In this document: positions 1-9,706 of the stretch, one piece after another
Numbering within the stretch: position 1 is the stretch's first letter
Layout of the letters: each line of letters begins with the position of its first letter
Source: an uncultured bacterium
Lineage (GTDB): Bacteria; Chloroflexota; UBA5177; JANWHV01
NCBI GenBank assembly: GCA_963827235.1
Contig: CAWHAE010000008.1
Span: 192,001-256,000 of the forward strand
Direction of reading: 5' to 3'
Length of the DNA stretch: 64,000 nt
Program-made: the position numbers and the translations under genes
The notes under the pieces: generated by a model
The model's database searches: none
Told to the model about the DNA's origin: nothing
What the model saw: only the letters and a program-made list of their open reading frames with translations

Positions 1-441
1 ATGCGCAGCCCGGTGAGCGGGCGCACAACCTTCTTGACTCAGCCGCTCGAGCCCGTAGTCTCCGACCAGCACCCAGAGCAGGTTCTTGACCTGGACGTTG
101 CCGCTGTAGTGGAGACCGCTCTGGGCAAGCACGTCGTTGACACGACTGAGGAGATCAGGGTCGTCGCGGAGCGCGCGCCGATCCTGGCCAAGGTTCTGCT
201 GGCACGTGCTGCAGATGTTGACGATGTCCATGCCTGCCGCCTCTGCCATGGCAAAGGTGCGTGCATTGAGCGCGATCTGCAGCTCCGGGTTCTCGTCCCG
301 GATCACCCCGGCGCCGCAGCAGGTGGCGTCGGTCATCTCCCACAGGTCGATACCCAGCACCTTGGCCAGCTTCACAGTGGAGTAATGGAGCTCGGGGCAG
401 GTACCCTTCGCCACGCAGCCTGTGAAATATGCGTACTTCAT
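1..441 (-). CDS. CCG-domain (HdrB/SdhE-like) membrane-anchor subunit of succinate dehydrogenase/fumarate reductase; 3' end runs off the window
   Basis: Manual translation from ATG at 441: MKYAYFTGCVAKGTCPELHYST...EMTDATCCGAG...NARTFAMAE...NICSTC, giving the CX(n)CCG...CXXC motif. ATGA overlap with the sdhB stop. A probable +1 indel near 40 (correcting it restores KKVVRPLTGLR). Absent from the ORF track because it is truncated. Confidence 0.85.
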   Translation of the reverse strand, partial: MKYAYFTGCVAKGTCPELHYSTVKLAKVLGIDLWEMTDATCCGAGVIRDENPELQIALNARTFAMAEAAGMDIVNICSTCQQNLGQDRRALRDDPDLLSRVNDVLAQSGLHYSGNVQVKNLLWVLVGDYGLERLSQEGCAPAHRAAH

Positions 442-1406
442 GGACTACTCTTCCCTTCGTGCCAACGGCATCGAAAATGCGGCGCACTTCGTTTCGGATT
501 GTCGACCTTCTGCAGCATGGGCAGCGGCAGCTTCCCCTTGAGGAGCATCCGCACGCCCTGCGGCGCGTTGCGGATCTGACCAGTGACGTTGGTGATCCCG
601 GTGAGCTCCATAACCAAGCGGGTCTCGTCAAGGCGTCCGCCGCGCCCGATGCTCTTGGTGAACTCCTGACTGTGTCTGGCGCCAATGTTCTTGGTGATCC
701 CTGCCTGAATGGACATGCGGCGCAAGTCCGCAATGGCGCTGGCGGGATCGACGTGCTTCGGGCATTCCATGCAGCTATAGGCGTGTGCACAGTCCCAAAG
801 GCCCAGATCGACCAGCTTCTGGAGACGCTCCTTCCGCTTGCTGTCGCGTGGATCGGTAACGAAGCGATGCGCCTTGGCCAAAGCGGGCGGGCCGGCGAAA
901 TGGCTGTCGACCTCAGTGACGCTACAGTCGGAGTAGCAGACGGCGCACAGAATACAGTTGAGATCCTTGCGCGAGGGCGACAACTGCGCCGGGCTGACTC
1001 GATACTCTGCGTTCGCGGCCGGCACCTTGGCCGGATCGGGCTGTAGCCAGGGCTCGACGTCTCGAAAGTGCTTCCAGAACGGGGCCATGTCCACGACCAG
1101 GTCCTTGATCACCTTCATGGTGCGCATAGGGGTGATGCGCAGCTCGGTGCGGCCCCGCTTAAGCTCGGCCGCGATTGGCGTCTTGCAGACGAGCTTGGTG
1201 TACCCGTTCACCACCATGGCGCAGGATCCGCAGATTGAGTGCCGGCAAGCCCGCCGATACGCCAGCGAGTCATCGTGGTGGTCCTTGATCGTGTTCAGCC
1301 CGTCCAGGATCGTGGCTTCATCCCACAGGTCCAGCTCGTACCGCTCGAAGTGGGGCGCATCGTCTTTTCCGGGAACATACCGCTGGATCAGGAAAGTCGA
1401 CTTCAT
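438..1406 (-). CDS. sdhB: succinate dehydrogenase/fumarate reductase iron-sulfur subunit
   Basis: CRHSICGSC...C (2Fe-2S), CILCAVCYSDC and CAHAYSCMECP cluster motifs. TAATG coupling to sdhA. The last ~20 residues may be affected by indels near 455-495. Confidence 0.93.
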   Translation of the reverse strand: MKSTFLIQRYVPGKDDAPHFERYELDLWDEATILDGLNTIKDHHDDSLAYRRACRHSICGSCAMVVNGYTKLVCKTPIAAELKRGRTELRITPMRTMKVIKDLVVDMAPFWKHFRDVEPWLQPDPAKVPAANAEYRVSPAQLSPSRKDLNCILCAVCYSDCSVTEVDSHFAGPPALAKAHRFVTDPRDSKRKERLQKLVDLGLWDCAHAYSCMECPKHVDPASAIADLRRMSIQAGITKNIGARHSQEFTKSIGRGGRLDETRLVMELTGITNVTGQIRNAPQGVRMLLKGKLPLPMLQKVDNPKRSAPHFRCRWHEGKSSP

Positions 1407-3088
1407 TAGTACACCCTCTCCATTGGCTGGAACTTGCCCATGGTGACCGGCGCGTAGCTGATTTGCGGCCCTTCGGGCGAGTAGGTTGCGACCGTATGCT
1501 TGAGCCAGTTCGCGTCGTCGCGATCCTTGTAGTCGGTCCTCGCGTGGGCGCCGCTGCTTTCGGTGCGCGCCAGAGCCCCGGCAGCAATGACCTCGGCAAG
1601 GTCGAGCATCGCTCCCAGCTCCAGCGCTTCGCAGAGTGCGGTATTAAGACCAGCGACGTGTCGGCGATGGTCACTGAGGCGTACCGGTCGCGCAAAGTGC
1701 GGATCTTCCTCAGCCCCTCTGCCATCTGGTCTTGGTACCTGAAGATATGGAAGTGCTCATTCATGGTAGCCTGCATGGCGTCTCGTAGGTCAGCTACCTT
1801 CTCGGTGCCTTGTCCGCTGAAGAGCTCGTCGCGACGCTCCTCCTGCACTCGCACGGCGTCGTCCGGGAAGCTCGAGTAGTCGTGTTCTTTCGCGTGCTTG
1901 GCGGCGCTCGCGCCCGGCGATCTTGCCGAACACCACCGTCTCCAGCAGCGAGTTGCCTCCCAGGCGGTTCGCGCCGTGCACGCTGACGGCCGCGCACTCT
2001 CCCGCGGCGAAGAGGCCCTGTACCGAGGAAGCACAGCGCGTGTCGACGCGAATGCCTCCCATGGTATAGTGAGCGCCCGGGCGGATAGGCACGGGCCCAT
2101 CGACCGGATCGACGCCGGCGAAGTCGGTTGCCAGCTCGCGAATCTGCGGTAGTCGCTCCTGGATTCTGGCCTCGCCAAGGTGTCTCAGGTCGAGAAGAAC
2201 ACAGCCGTTCACGCCGCGGCCTTCCAGTATCTCAGTCCACTCGGCGCGAGACACGACGTCGCGGCTGGCCAGCTCACCCTTCGAGGGAGCGTACTTGAAC
2301 ATGAATCGCTCGCCGTCGGCGTTGAGCAGGTACGCGCCTTCTCCACGCGCGCCTTCTGTGATCAGCACGCCGTTCGCCGCCAGGGTAGTCGGATGGAACT
2401 GTATGAATTCCATGTCCTCTACGGGAACTCCGGCCCTGTAGGCGATTGCTACGCCGTCGCCTGTGCTGATCAGCGAGTTCGTGCTCTTGAAGAACACACG
2501 TCCCGCCCCCCCGGCCGCGAACACGACGGACTTGGCTCGAAAAGCGATGAGCTTACCCGTGGTGATATCCAGGGCCACCACTCCCTTGCACACTCCGTCT
2601 TCCACGATCAGCGAGGTGACGAAGAACTCCTCGTAGACTGTCGCACCGTTCTTGAGCACCTGCTCGTACACGGTCTGGAGAATGACGTGTCCGGTAATGT
2701 CGGCAACAAAGCAGGTTCGTGGGAATCCGGCGCCGCCGAACGGCCGCGTTGCGATGCGCCCGTCCTGCCACCGGCTGAACAGGACACCTTGATGCTCGAG
2801 CTCGTAGATACTCTCGGGCGCGAGACGAGTGAGTATCTCCGCGGCATCCTGATCGGCCAGGTAGTCACTACCCTTCACCGTGTCAAACCAATGGTTCTCC
2901 CAGTTGTCGTCTTTGGCGACGGCCGCATTGATACCGCCTTGAGCGGCGCCTGAGTGGCTGCGCATCGGGTGGACCTTCGAGAGGACTGCCGTGTCCGCCC
3001 CGGCTTCGCGAGCGGCAACCGCGGCACGCATGCCTGCCAAACCGGCGCCGACCACGAGAACCTCATGTTGGATCACAGTGTCGCCCAT
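1406..3088 (-). CDS. sdhA: succinate dehydrogenase/fumarate reductase flavoprotein subunit (two compensating apparent indels at ~1914 and ~1646)
   Basis: GAGLAG, RSHSGAAQGG (FAD-His), QFHPT, EGARGEG, ELASRDVVSR, HYTMGG, HGANRLGGNSL and the C-terminal RTESSGAHAR...WLKHT. These are spread over three ORF-track frames. RBS CAGGAGG precedes ATG 3088. Confidence 0.93.
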
Positions 3089-3614
3089 GTCGTGGCTGAC
3101 CTCCTGGCTGCAAATGACGCCGTCCTGGCGTCCGATACACATGTCGGTACCACAGTCCAGCCTGGCACGCGCGCCGGATGTGGATCGCGGTGGGTCTGCT
3201 TTGGTGTAGGCTCTTGGCGTCCCGGCGTCAAGTGCGCGTTCGCGGCCGCGCTTCCCTTGGACGCTTCGCCTCTATTTCAGTGTAGGCCGCCGCTGGAAAC
3301 CGCGCTGGTGCGACACAGCAGCGGTCCGTGCGAATTGCGCGACAGAGTGCTTCGGCCCGGCAATCCTGGGTGCCGCGGACGCCTCCGCACGTGCAGGGCA
3401 TAGCCTGCATGGTTCTGAGATAACACACAGCAGCGTTTGAGCGTAGGCGTGTTCCCAGACACGCGTTGCCCGCGCATCCGCTCACCGGTGATGCAAGCCG
3501 GCGCTTGGATGGGCGGGCAGCGATCTGACTCCACGCTCGCGGCAAGCCTATCCCACGGGCTGCTGCCGCTGCGGTAGCCCGGGCACGGTCGTCGAGAGTG
3601 CCCGGGGCGTGATC

Positions 3615-4952
3615 CTACTCATATCGAAGTGCTTGAATCGGGTCCAGGGCCGCCGCTCGGCTGGCGGGATAGCTGCCAAAGAAAAGACCGATGGCCAGCG
3701 AGACTCCAAAGGCAAGAGCCACGGAGTTCGAGCTGATCACCGGTGTCGCGCTGCCGAAGAATCCGGACAGAACTTTCACATCCGAGAGAAGCCACGCGAC
3801 CAGGAAGCTCATGCCGACGCCGATGGCACCACCCGTCGCACTGATCATTATCGACTCGGTCAGAAACTGCATGAGGATATCGATCTTGCGGGCCCCGACG
3901 GCCTTGCGAAGCCCGATCTCGCGGGTTCGCTCCGTCACGGTGACCAACATGATGTTCATGATCCCTATGCCCGCGACCAGGAGTGCACAGGCGGAGACAC
4001 CGGCCAACAGGGTCGTCAGCGTACCGGAGACACTGGAGGCCGTCTGCTGCACAGTCGTCTGGCTAAAGAACGAGAAGTCGTCGGACGCCGAGTACGTCAA
4101 GCGATGCAGGCTCCGCAGCATGCTCTCGACCTCCGCCTCGGCCAGATTGGTGGTACTCTGTTTCGTCGCCTCGATGTTGATCGACGAGAGCGATCCGGTG
4201 CTGCCCGAGGAGTGCGGCAAGATGGTCTGAGCCGTGGTCAGCGGGACGTACACCACGTTGTCCTGGTTGACGCCGCCGCTTCCGCCCTTGGACGCCATTA
4301 CACCCACGATCTCGAAGGTTATGCCGTTGAGTTGCACCGACGAACCCACGGTAGCGGAAGCAGACTCGTTGGGAAACAACGTGCTCAACAGCGTGGCGCC
4401 GATGCATACCACCTGGGATCGACTCACGAGATCGCTGCTGGTAACGAACCGGCCAATGGCAACCTGGGCGTTGCGAACGGTCTCGTACTCAGGCGTAACG
4501 CCGTCGACGGACGTGTACGTGTTTTCGCTGCCTGCCACGATCTGAGCGTTCGTGTCGAACTCGGGGGCAACCAATGCCACGTCCGGCAGGCTGCCCGAGG
4601 AGCCGGCGTTGTCGGCCAACGTCTGCGCATCCGACAGCTTCAGCGTACTCGACGATCCCATGGCGCCGCGGACACCTCCTGAGAACGTAGAGCCGGCCTG
4701 CACCTCCACGAGATTTGTGCCAAGCGAGCTGAGCTGAGAGTTAACCTGGCTCGCCGAGCCGTTGCCGATGCCGACGGCTACGATGACCGAGGCCACGCCG
4801 ATGATCATGCCCAATAGCGTAAGGGCCGTGCGCGCCTTGTTCGTGAGAATCCCCGTCACGGCGACGTTCATCGTCGTGAGGACCTGTGCTAGCACCGCGA
4901 TGGGAGGACGTCCGGACGCCTGCTCTGCCGGATGTAAGGCTTGTGTTGCCAT
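3615..4952 (-). CDS. MacB/FtsX-family ABC transporter permease (no fused ATPase domain)
   Basis: NKARTALTLLGMIIGVASVI...LGTNLV, a large extracytoplasmic domain, GIGIMNIMLVTVTERTREIGLRKAVGA and GLFFGSYPASRAAALDPIQALRYE. The likely start is ATG 4952, immediately after the adaptor stop. Confidence 0.93.
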   Translation of the reverse strand: MATQALHPAEQASGRPPIAVLAQVLTTMNVAVTGILTNKARTALTLLGMIIGVASVIVAVGIGNGSASQVNSQLSSLGTNLVEVQAGSTFSGGVRGAMGSSSTLKLSDAQTLADNAGSSGSLPDVALVAPEFDTNAQIVAGSENTYTSVDGVTPEYETVRNAQVAIGRFVTSSDLVSRSQVVCIGATLLSTLFPNESASATVGSSVQLNGITFEIVGVMASKGGSGGVNQDNVVYVPLTTAQTILPHSSGSTGSLSSINIEATKQSTTNLAEAEVESMLRSLHRLTYSASDDFSFFSQTTVQQTASSVSGTLTTLLAGVSACALLVAGIGIMNIMLVTVTERTREIGLRKAVGARKIDILMQFLTESIMISATGGAIGVGMSFLVAWLLSDVKVLSGFFGSATPVISSNSVALAFGVSLAIGLFFGSYPASRAAALDPIQALRYE

Positions 4953-4953
4953 G

Positions 4954-7900
4954 TTATCTACCCGGTCCTCCGCCCATACCGCCCATGCCACCCATGCCCC
5001 CCATACCGCCAATGCCGCCTGAGCTGCTCGACGCACTGGTGGTGCCGGAGGTCGTGGGCACGATGATCCTCTCGTTTTCCTGCAGACCGCTCAGGACCTG
5101 CGTGTAGCTCGTGTCGCTTGTGCCCGTCTGGACCTGCACTTGCGATATCTGGTTCGTGGCGCTCAGAGTTTCCACGAAGCTGCCCGCCGCGTTGGTAGTG
5201 ACGGCCTGCGTGGGTACTTCCAGCACATTGCTGACCTGGGCGGTGACTATCGTCAGATCGGCGGTCATGCCCGCTGTTATGCCCTTCGTGCTGCCGGATA
5301 GCTTGATCTTCACGGGATAGGTCGTCACATTGGATGAGGTGGTCGCCGCGTAGGGTATGCTGCTGACCAGGCCGACGTACGTCGTGGATGGATAGGCGCT
5401 GAAAACCAGTGCTACCGGGTCGCCGATCTGGATACTGGCTATCTCGGCTTCGGGGATGTCAGCTGTCACGTCTATGCCCTGCGTGGTCAGCATCGTGATC
5501 GCCGCGGTGCTGGAGCCGGCGGCCTCGCCATTCACGATGCTGACGGACTCGACCGTACCGTCGCTGGGCGCGTAGATCTTCGTTTCGCTCTCGGCCAGAG
5601 CCTGATCGACCTTCAGCGTCTGCTTCGCCTGGGCGAGACTTGCCTTCAGGATGGCAAGCTCGGTTGCCGTGTAGGGATGGATGACCAGGTCGAGCGCAGC
5701 CTGTGCGCTCTTGACTGCCTCCTCCTGCTGCGCGATATCGTTGGAGGAATTCGGCTGCTTCGCCAGGTCGAGAGCGATCTGAGCGTTGACCACGGAGTCC
5801 TGCGCCTGCTGGATATCGGTCGTGCTTCCGGGGTGCTCGGCGAGAGCCAACGCCTGCTCTTCGGCTACCACGTTGTCACGGGCCTGCTGGATGTCGGTTG
5901 TACTGTTAGGCTGCTTTGCAGCTGCAAGAGCGGACTCAGCGCTGGCAACGGTCAGCTTCTGTTGGGCGATGTCGACCGCCGAGTTCGGCTGCTTTGCCGC
6001 GACCAGCGCAGCCTGAGCGCTCGATACTGCATCCTCTGCCTGGCGAATATCCTGAGCGGAGTATGGTTGCTTCGTTGAAGTCAGTGCTGCCTGCGCGCTC
6101 TTGACCGCCGCCTCCTGCGAGACGATGTCGGTCGCGGAATTGGGTTGCTCGACGGCGACTAGTGCGGCTTTCGCGCTCTGTACTGCCGCTTCCTCCGACG
6201 CGATGTCGGCGGCTGAGTTGGGCTGCTCGGCAGCTGCCAGGGCCGCTTTCGCGCTCTGTACTGCCGCTTCCTCCGACGCGATGTCGGCGGCTGAGTTGGG
6301 CTGCTCGGCAGCTGCCAGGGCCGCTTTCGCGCTCTGTACTGCCGCTTCCTGCGACGCGATGTCGGCAGCGGAGTTGGGTTGCTCGGCCGCGGCCAGACTC
6401 TCCTGGGCGCTCTTGACCGAGTCTGCCTGCGAAGCGATATCGGTCTGCGAGTTGGGCTGTTCCGCCGCCGCGAGCACGGTATTGGCGTTGTTGACCGTGA
6501 CTTCCTGCGAGGCAATCTGAGCCGCCGTGTATGGATGCTCGGCAGCAGTAAGTGCCTCCTGTGCGCTCGTGACCGCCGCCTCCTGGGAGGCGATATCGGT
6601 TGCGGAGTTGGGCTGCTTGGCCGCGACAAGCGCGGCCTCGGCGCTTCGAACGGCGATCTCCTGGGAGGCAATGTCGGATGCCGAGTTTGGCTGTATTGCC
6701 GCGGCCAGCGCCACCTGGGCGCTCTTCACGGTTGCCTCCTGTGAGGCAATGTCCTGCGTTGTATAGGGGTGCTCGGCCGAGTACAGGGATGCCTCAGCCG
6801 TCGCGATGGCATCTTTTGCGGAGGCCAGGTCCGTGGCACTGGCGGGCGCGGTAGCTGTGGTGAGCGCCGCTTCGGCCGATTTCACCGAGTCCTCGGCGGA
6901 TGCGAGAATCGGTTGAGCTAGCCGGCGCCAGCGCCGCGTCTAGCGACGCCTGGGCCGAGATGATGGAATCCTGTGCGGACGCAAGATCCGTGGCAGTGGC
7001 CGAGCCACTCTGAGCCGTGTCGAGCGAGTTCTGAGCCTGAATCACGGCGTCCTGGGCCTTGGCCAGGTCGGTGGAAGTCGGCGAGGGCGACTGGTCCGCG
7101 TTCAGCTTCGCTTGCGCGGCAGCGACCTGCTGCTGAGCGAGAGTTACGGCATTCGCTTCGGGACTATTCAGAGCGGCGAGGGCAGCGGTGGCGCTTGCCA
7201 CACTGGCGTTGTCGTTGGCGATGTTGGCCTCATCGGTGGCCAGATTCTCAAGGTAGGTCGCTTCTTCGCTCGATAGGGTGGTGGAGCTGGTGGTGCTGGA
7301 AGCCACGGGCGCCGTAAGCAGCGAGAGCGCTACCTGGTCTGTCTGCAGCTTGTTCTGAGCGGATAGCAATGTGGCCTTGGCTTGGGCGACAGATGACGCA
7401 GTCGGGTTGGACAGGCTATTGAGTGAGTTCTGAGCCGACGTTAGGCTGGCCTGGTCGGAGTCCAGGGTGGCCGCCGTCGCCGGTGAGTAGAGAGCGGCCA
7501 GGCTCTGCTTTGCGCTGTCGAGGCTTGCCTTTGCCGAGGCGATCGTGGCAGCACTGGAAGGTGCTTGCAAGGCAATCAGCTTCTGTTTGGCGGAGTCAAG
7601 GCTGGCCCGTAGCTGTGCAAGCGTCGTCGCCGATGGAGCCGCCTTGAGGGCGATGAGCTTCTGCTTGGCGGAGTCGAGGCTGGTCTCGGCCTGCGCCACG
7701 GTCTGGGCGCTTGGTGGCGCCTGCAGGGCCTTGAGCTTTTGAATCGCCGAGTCCAGACTGGCCTTCGCCGCGACGAGCGTATTTGCATCCGGAGGCGACT
7801 GCATTTCGTTGAGCTTGATCTGGGCCTGCTGCATTGTGGCCTTGGCCTGAGCGATGGAGCTTGCCGTGCCACCCGTCTTCATAGCAGCGAGCTTAATCTG

Positions 7901-9247
7901 GGCCTGCTCGAGAGAGGCTTTGGCCTGAGCAATGCTGCTCGGCGTGCCGCCGGCCTTCATGGCTGCCAGCTTGATCTGGGCTTGCTTGAGTGTGATCTGG
8001 GCCTGCGCTATGCTCGTGGCAGTTCCGCCTGCCCTCATCGAGGCCAGCGTGATCTCGGCCTGCTGCAATGTGGCCTTAGCCTGAGCGATGCTGGAAGCGG
8101 TGCCGCCGGCCTTCATGGCAGCCAGCTTCAGCTCTGCCTGCTCGAGGCTCAGCTTGGCCTGGGCGATGCTGGAAGCGGTGCCGCCGGCCTTCATGGCAGC
8201 CAGCTTCAGCTCTGCCTGCTCGAGGCTCAGCTTGGCCTGGGCGATGCTGGAAGCGGTGCCGCCGGCCTTCATGGCAGCCAGCTTCAGCTCTGCCTGCTCG
8301 AGGCTCAGCTTGGCCTGGGCGATGCTGGAAGCGGTGCCGCCGGCCTTCATGGCAGCCAGCTTCAGCTCTGCCTGCTCGAGGCTCAGCTTGGCCTGGGTGA
8401 TGCTGGAGGCCGTGCCGCCCTTCTTCATGGCAGCCAGCTTCAGCTGAGCCTGCAGAAGCGAGGCTTTCGCCTGGGCGACGCTCGCGGCCGTGCCGCCTGC
8501 TTTTTCGGTCGCAAGCTTTGACTTGGCCTCGTCGAGAGCTTGCTGCGCCTGCGCAATGCTGGCCGCGGTCCCACCGGCCTCCATCGAAGCGAGCTTGGCC
8601 TGCGCGGCGGCAAGCGTGTTGGCGGCCTGGGCAATCGACGACGCGGTGCCGCCCTGCTCGAGCGCTGCCAGTTTCTGCTGTGCGGTATCGAGATTCAGCT
8701 GGGCCGTCTCGATGGAGGAAGCGGTGCCGTTTTGCAAAGCGGCCAGCTTCGATTTCGCCGAGTCGAGGCTGGCCACCGCTTCGGCGATGCTCGCCGCGGT
8801 CCCGCCCGCCTTCAACGCAGCAAGCTTGAGCTGTGCCTGCCGCAAGCTTGACTGCGCCTGCGTCAGCGAGTCAGGGTTGACGGGTGCGAGCTCCTTGTCC
8901 AGGTTGAGCTGGGCAGTGGTGACGGCATTCTGGTCACTCATCAGTGACAGCGAGAGCGACTGATCGCTGAGCGTAGCCAGTACCTGGTTCTTCTTCACCT
9001 TCTGCCCGGCGGTCGCGAGCACGCTTGCCACGGTGCCCGACGCCCCGAAAGTGAGCGAGTAAGAGGTGACATCCTCTGATGTTCCCGAGGGCGTTATGGA
9101 GGACGTGATCGTGCCGCGGGAGACCAGCATGACCCGTCCATCGATGCGCTGTGGCGTGCTGATTCCCGGTAGCGAGAAAGCGGCGGTCACACTGCCGCTG
9201 GTGACGAGAGCCGCGAGAAGAGCGAATCGAGCCGTGGTTCCTTTCAT
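4954..9247 (-). CDS. giant MacA/HlyD-family membrane-fusion (adaptor) protein, ~1430 aa, split by one apparent +1 indel at ~6907
   Basis: N-terminal hydrophobic anchor and first lipoyl half-motif (FGASGTVASVLATAGQKVKKNQVLATL). About 40 26-aa helical repeats follow, then the second lipoyl half (IYAPSDGTVESV), beta-barrel and membrane-proximal domains (IPEAEIASIQIGD, GMTADLTI, LEVPTQAV, VLSGLQENERI). Deleting one base of minus-strand GATTCTC restores the repeat unit TDLASAEDSVKSAEAAL. RBS GGAGG. Confidence 0.9.
6167..6395 (-). repeat. 78-bp tandem repeat, ~3 near-identical copies (PNSAADIASEEAAVQSAKAALAAAEQ)
   Basis: gctttcgcgctctgtactgccgcttcct... recurs at 6167, 6245 and 6323. Confidence 0.95.
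8085..8402 (-). repeat. 78-bp tandem repeat, ~4 near-identical copies (GGTASSIAQAKLSLEQAELKLAAMKA)
   Basis: ctggaagcggtgccgccggccttcatggcagcc... recurs at 8091, 8169, 8247 and 8325. Confidence 0.95.
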
Positions 9248-9504
9248 GGTCGCACCTCCGGACCTAAACGCGACAAAGCATGGCTACCCTGCCTGCGTGG
9301 CGCCACGCGTCGCCGACGCAAGAACTTTGGTGAGCACATGTTGGCTTGGCGGGACATAGGCGTGCCTCTACGGGGCAAAGACATCGTGGGCATAAGTAGC
9401 ATGGGCGATTCAGTGTCTCGAGGCGCTCGGCCGTTGCGACTGTCGGAGTGAATACGGCGCACGGACCGAGAGCACTCAGCGGCCATACCTGTATCTCTTC
9501 GGCA

Positions 9505-9583
9505 ATAGTAATAAGGGCGCGTAAGATGGCCCTAAGCGGTGGCTAAGAAATCCCTGAGCATTGACCAAGAGTTTGCCAAGAAG
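9505..9583 (-). promoter_or_regulatory. phased 11-bp direct-repeat array (TCTTGG/GCTCAG/TCTTAG/GCTTAG/TCTTAC) plus -10 TACTAT, upstream of the adaptor-permease operon
   Basis: Plus-strand complements start at 9576, 9565, 9554, 9543, 9532 and 9521 (11-bp period). Minus-strand TACTAT lies at 9510-9505. Confidence 0.75.
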
Positions 9584-9609
9584 AATGATTTGTGATGAGG
9601 CACGGAAGG

Positions 9610-9641
9610 GCCGGGGATGCGCCGGCAAACGCATCCCCGGC
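9610..9641 (-). terminator. GC-rich hairpin downstream of the Ser-rich gene
   Basis: GCCGGGGATGCG-ccggcaaa-CGCATCCCCGGC is a 12-bp perfect stem with no clear U-tract. Confidence 0.55.
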
Positions 9642-9706
9642 AGGAGTTGTGGACGAAGCCGCGCACTGGCGGGTGGCCCCGGTCCACGTGGGCGCCGGCG
9701 CCTGAG

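Noticed and set aside
1406-3088. sdhA and resB as pseudogenes
   Set aside because: All catalytic motifs are intact, and only single-base indels interrupt them.
3150-3610. ncRNA or riboswitch upstream of sdhA
   Set aside because: No recognisable consensus or convincing long stem found by eye.
4965-5015. GGM repeats suggesting a GroEL fragment
   Set aside because: Just a low-complexity Gly/Met tail of the adaptor, with no other chaperonin similarity.
6885-6920. Programmed frameshift or two-gene split of the adaptor
   Set aside because: No slippery heptamer. One-base removal restores a perfect repeat unit, and similar indels occur in sdhA and resB. Sequencing error is more likely, though unverified.
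6167-8402. 78-bp tandem repeats as a CRISPR array
   Set aside because: No unique spacers, the period is a multiple of 3 inside a coding frame, and there are no cas genes.
9244-9486. 80-aa ORF overlapping the adaptor start as a leader peptide
   Set aside because: Weak RBS and no recognisable features or coding bias. It is more likely a long 5' UTR.
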